DNA of 64,000 nucleotides from an uncultured cyanobacterium (GTDB lineage Bacteria; Cyanobacteriota; Cyanobacteriia; Cyanobacteriales; CAWCAG01): NCBI GenBank assembly GCA_963793425.1, contig CAWCAG010000005.1, positions 288,001 to 352,000 of the forward strand, read 5' to 3'. Shown piece by piece: positions 62,997 to 64,000 of this stretch (position 1 is its first letter; each line of letters starts with the position of its first letter). The notes under the pieces were generated by a model. It saw only the letters and a program-made list of their open reading frames with translations, ran no database searches and was not told where the DNA came from. The position numbers and the translations under genes were made by a program.

Positions 62997-64000
62997 ATGT
63001 TTAATGAATTAACCACAGATATATTAGTAGTAGGAGGAGGTACAGGGGGAACTGCAGCCGCTATTCAAGCAGCCCGTTGTGGAATTAAAACTGTTTTAGT
63101 TAGTGAGTTTTCTTGGTTGGGAGGAATGCTAACTTCTGCTGGAGTTTGCGCCCCTGATGGTAATGAGTTACTACCTTGGCAAACTGGTTTGTGGGGGGCA
63201 TTTTTAAGAGAATTAAAAGTTAGGCAAAAAGGAGGATTAGCGAATAGCTGGGTAAGTATGTTTAGCTATCATCCTCAAGTGGGGGCGAAAATTTTTGCTG
63301 ATTGGGTAGAAGCATTACCTAATTTACACTGGATTAAAGGGCAGATTCCTTTAGAAGTATTGTGTAAAGAAAACCGTGTTACTGGGATTCGCTTTGCTGA
63401 TTTCCTTATTAAAGCCCAAATAACCCTAGATGGCACAGAATTAGGGGAGCTTCTGGCTTTAGCAAATGTACCATCACGTTGGGGTTGGGAACTACAAAAC
63501 GAATTCAACGAACCAAGCGCCCCTACTTCTGAAAATGAATTAACCAAACGCTATCCTGTTCAATCTCCAACTTGGGTAGTTATGTTACAAGATTATGGGC
63601 AATGTAAGGAAGCACCAGAAATTGAAGCTGAGGAAAAAAACGCTTTTGAGGGGGCTTGGCAAGGCTATGGAGAAGAAAAATTTCTTAACTATGGTCGCTT
63701 ACCTGGTGATCTTTTTATGCTTAACTGGCCTCAATGTGGCAATGACTATGGGGAGAATTTACAACGCCTTATAAAATCAGAGGCAGCGAAAAAAGAATTT
63801 CATCAAGAAGCTATTAACCATAGTCTCAGTTTTGCCCGCTATATCCAAACTCATTTTGGCAAGCGTTACGGTTTAGCCAACGGTATTTTCCCTCACTCCC
63901 TTGGTAATGGTGCTTTGGCACTCCATCCCTATTACCGAGAAAGTCGGCGCTTACTAGGGCTAGAAATCGTCACAGAAAGGGATATTTTACCCATTGAAGG
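62997..64000 (+). CDS. FAD-dependent oxidoreductase (runs off the window end)
   Basis: [27 protein letters not shown]ossmann motif, [14 protein letters not shown]. Confidence 0.88.
   Translation, partial: MFNELTTDILVVGGGTGGTAAAIQAARCGIKTVLVSEFSWLGGMLTSAGVCAPDGNELLPWQTGLWGAFLRELKVRQKGGLANSWVSMFSYHPQVGAKIFADWVEALPNLHWIKGQIPLEVLCKENRVTGIRFADFLIKAQITLDGTELGELLALANVPSRWGWELQNEFNEPSAPTSENELTKRYPVQSPTWVVMLQDYGQCKEAPEIEAEEKNAFEGAWQGYGEEKFLNYGRLPGDLFMLNWPQCGNDYGENLQRLIKSEAAKKEFHQEAINHSLSFARYIQTHFGKRYGLANGIFPHSLGNGALALHPYYRESRRLLGLEIVTERDILPIE

Overview
Cyanobacterial chromosome segment (AT-rich, many HIP1 GCGATCGC sites, cpcBAEF, psbM, STRR repeats), mostly housekeeping genes (cysE, glmU, purT, rph, pgl, nusB, ftsY, hflX, guaB-like, rpsU, two tRNA-Ser) plus several accessory patches. 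(1) 1-4.9 kb: a BglII-like C/R/M restriction system whose R gene appears to start at ATT, then a decayed tnpB-only IS200/IS605 element that truncates an EF-G paralog. (2) 9-15 kb: tandem internalin-like LRR genes, a CHAT protease with eCIS-effector-like motifs, and two copies of a ~55-nt sRNA unit with promoter and terminator (NsiR1-like 5' end). (3) 37.5-47.9 kb: a partial contractile injection system (tube, ~1,340-aa repeat protein, tube initiator, VgrG) between a decayed type IV TA pair and a broken HEPN-motif gene cut by IS1. (4) 62.3-62.7 kb: a complete integron gene cassette (ORF plus attC) inserted at a GTT inside a DUF4058 gene, with no integrase in the window. Tiny structured insertion elements (21-51 bp) occur inside both IS elements. 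All calls come from reading the sequence and recalling families; no searches were run. Several single-indel frameshifts may be assembly errors.
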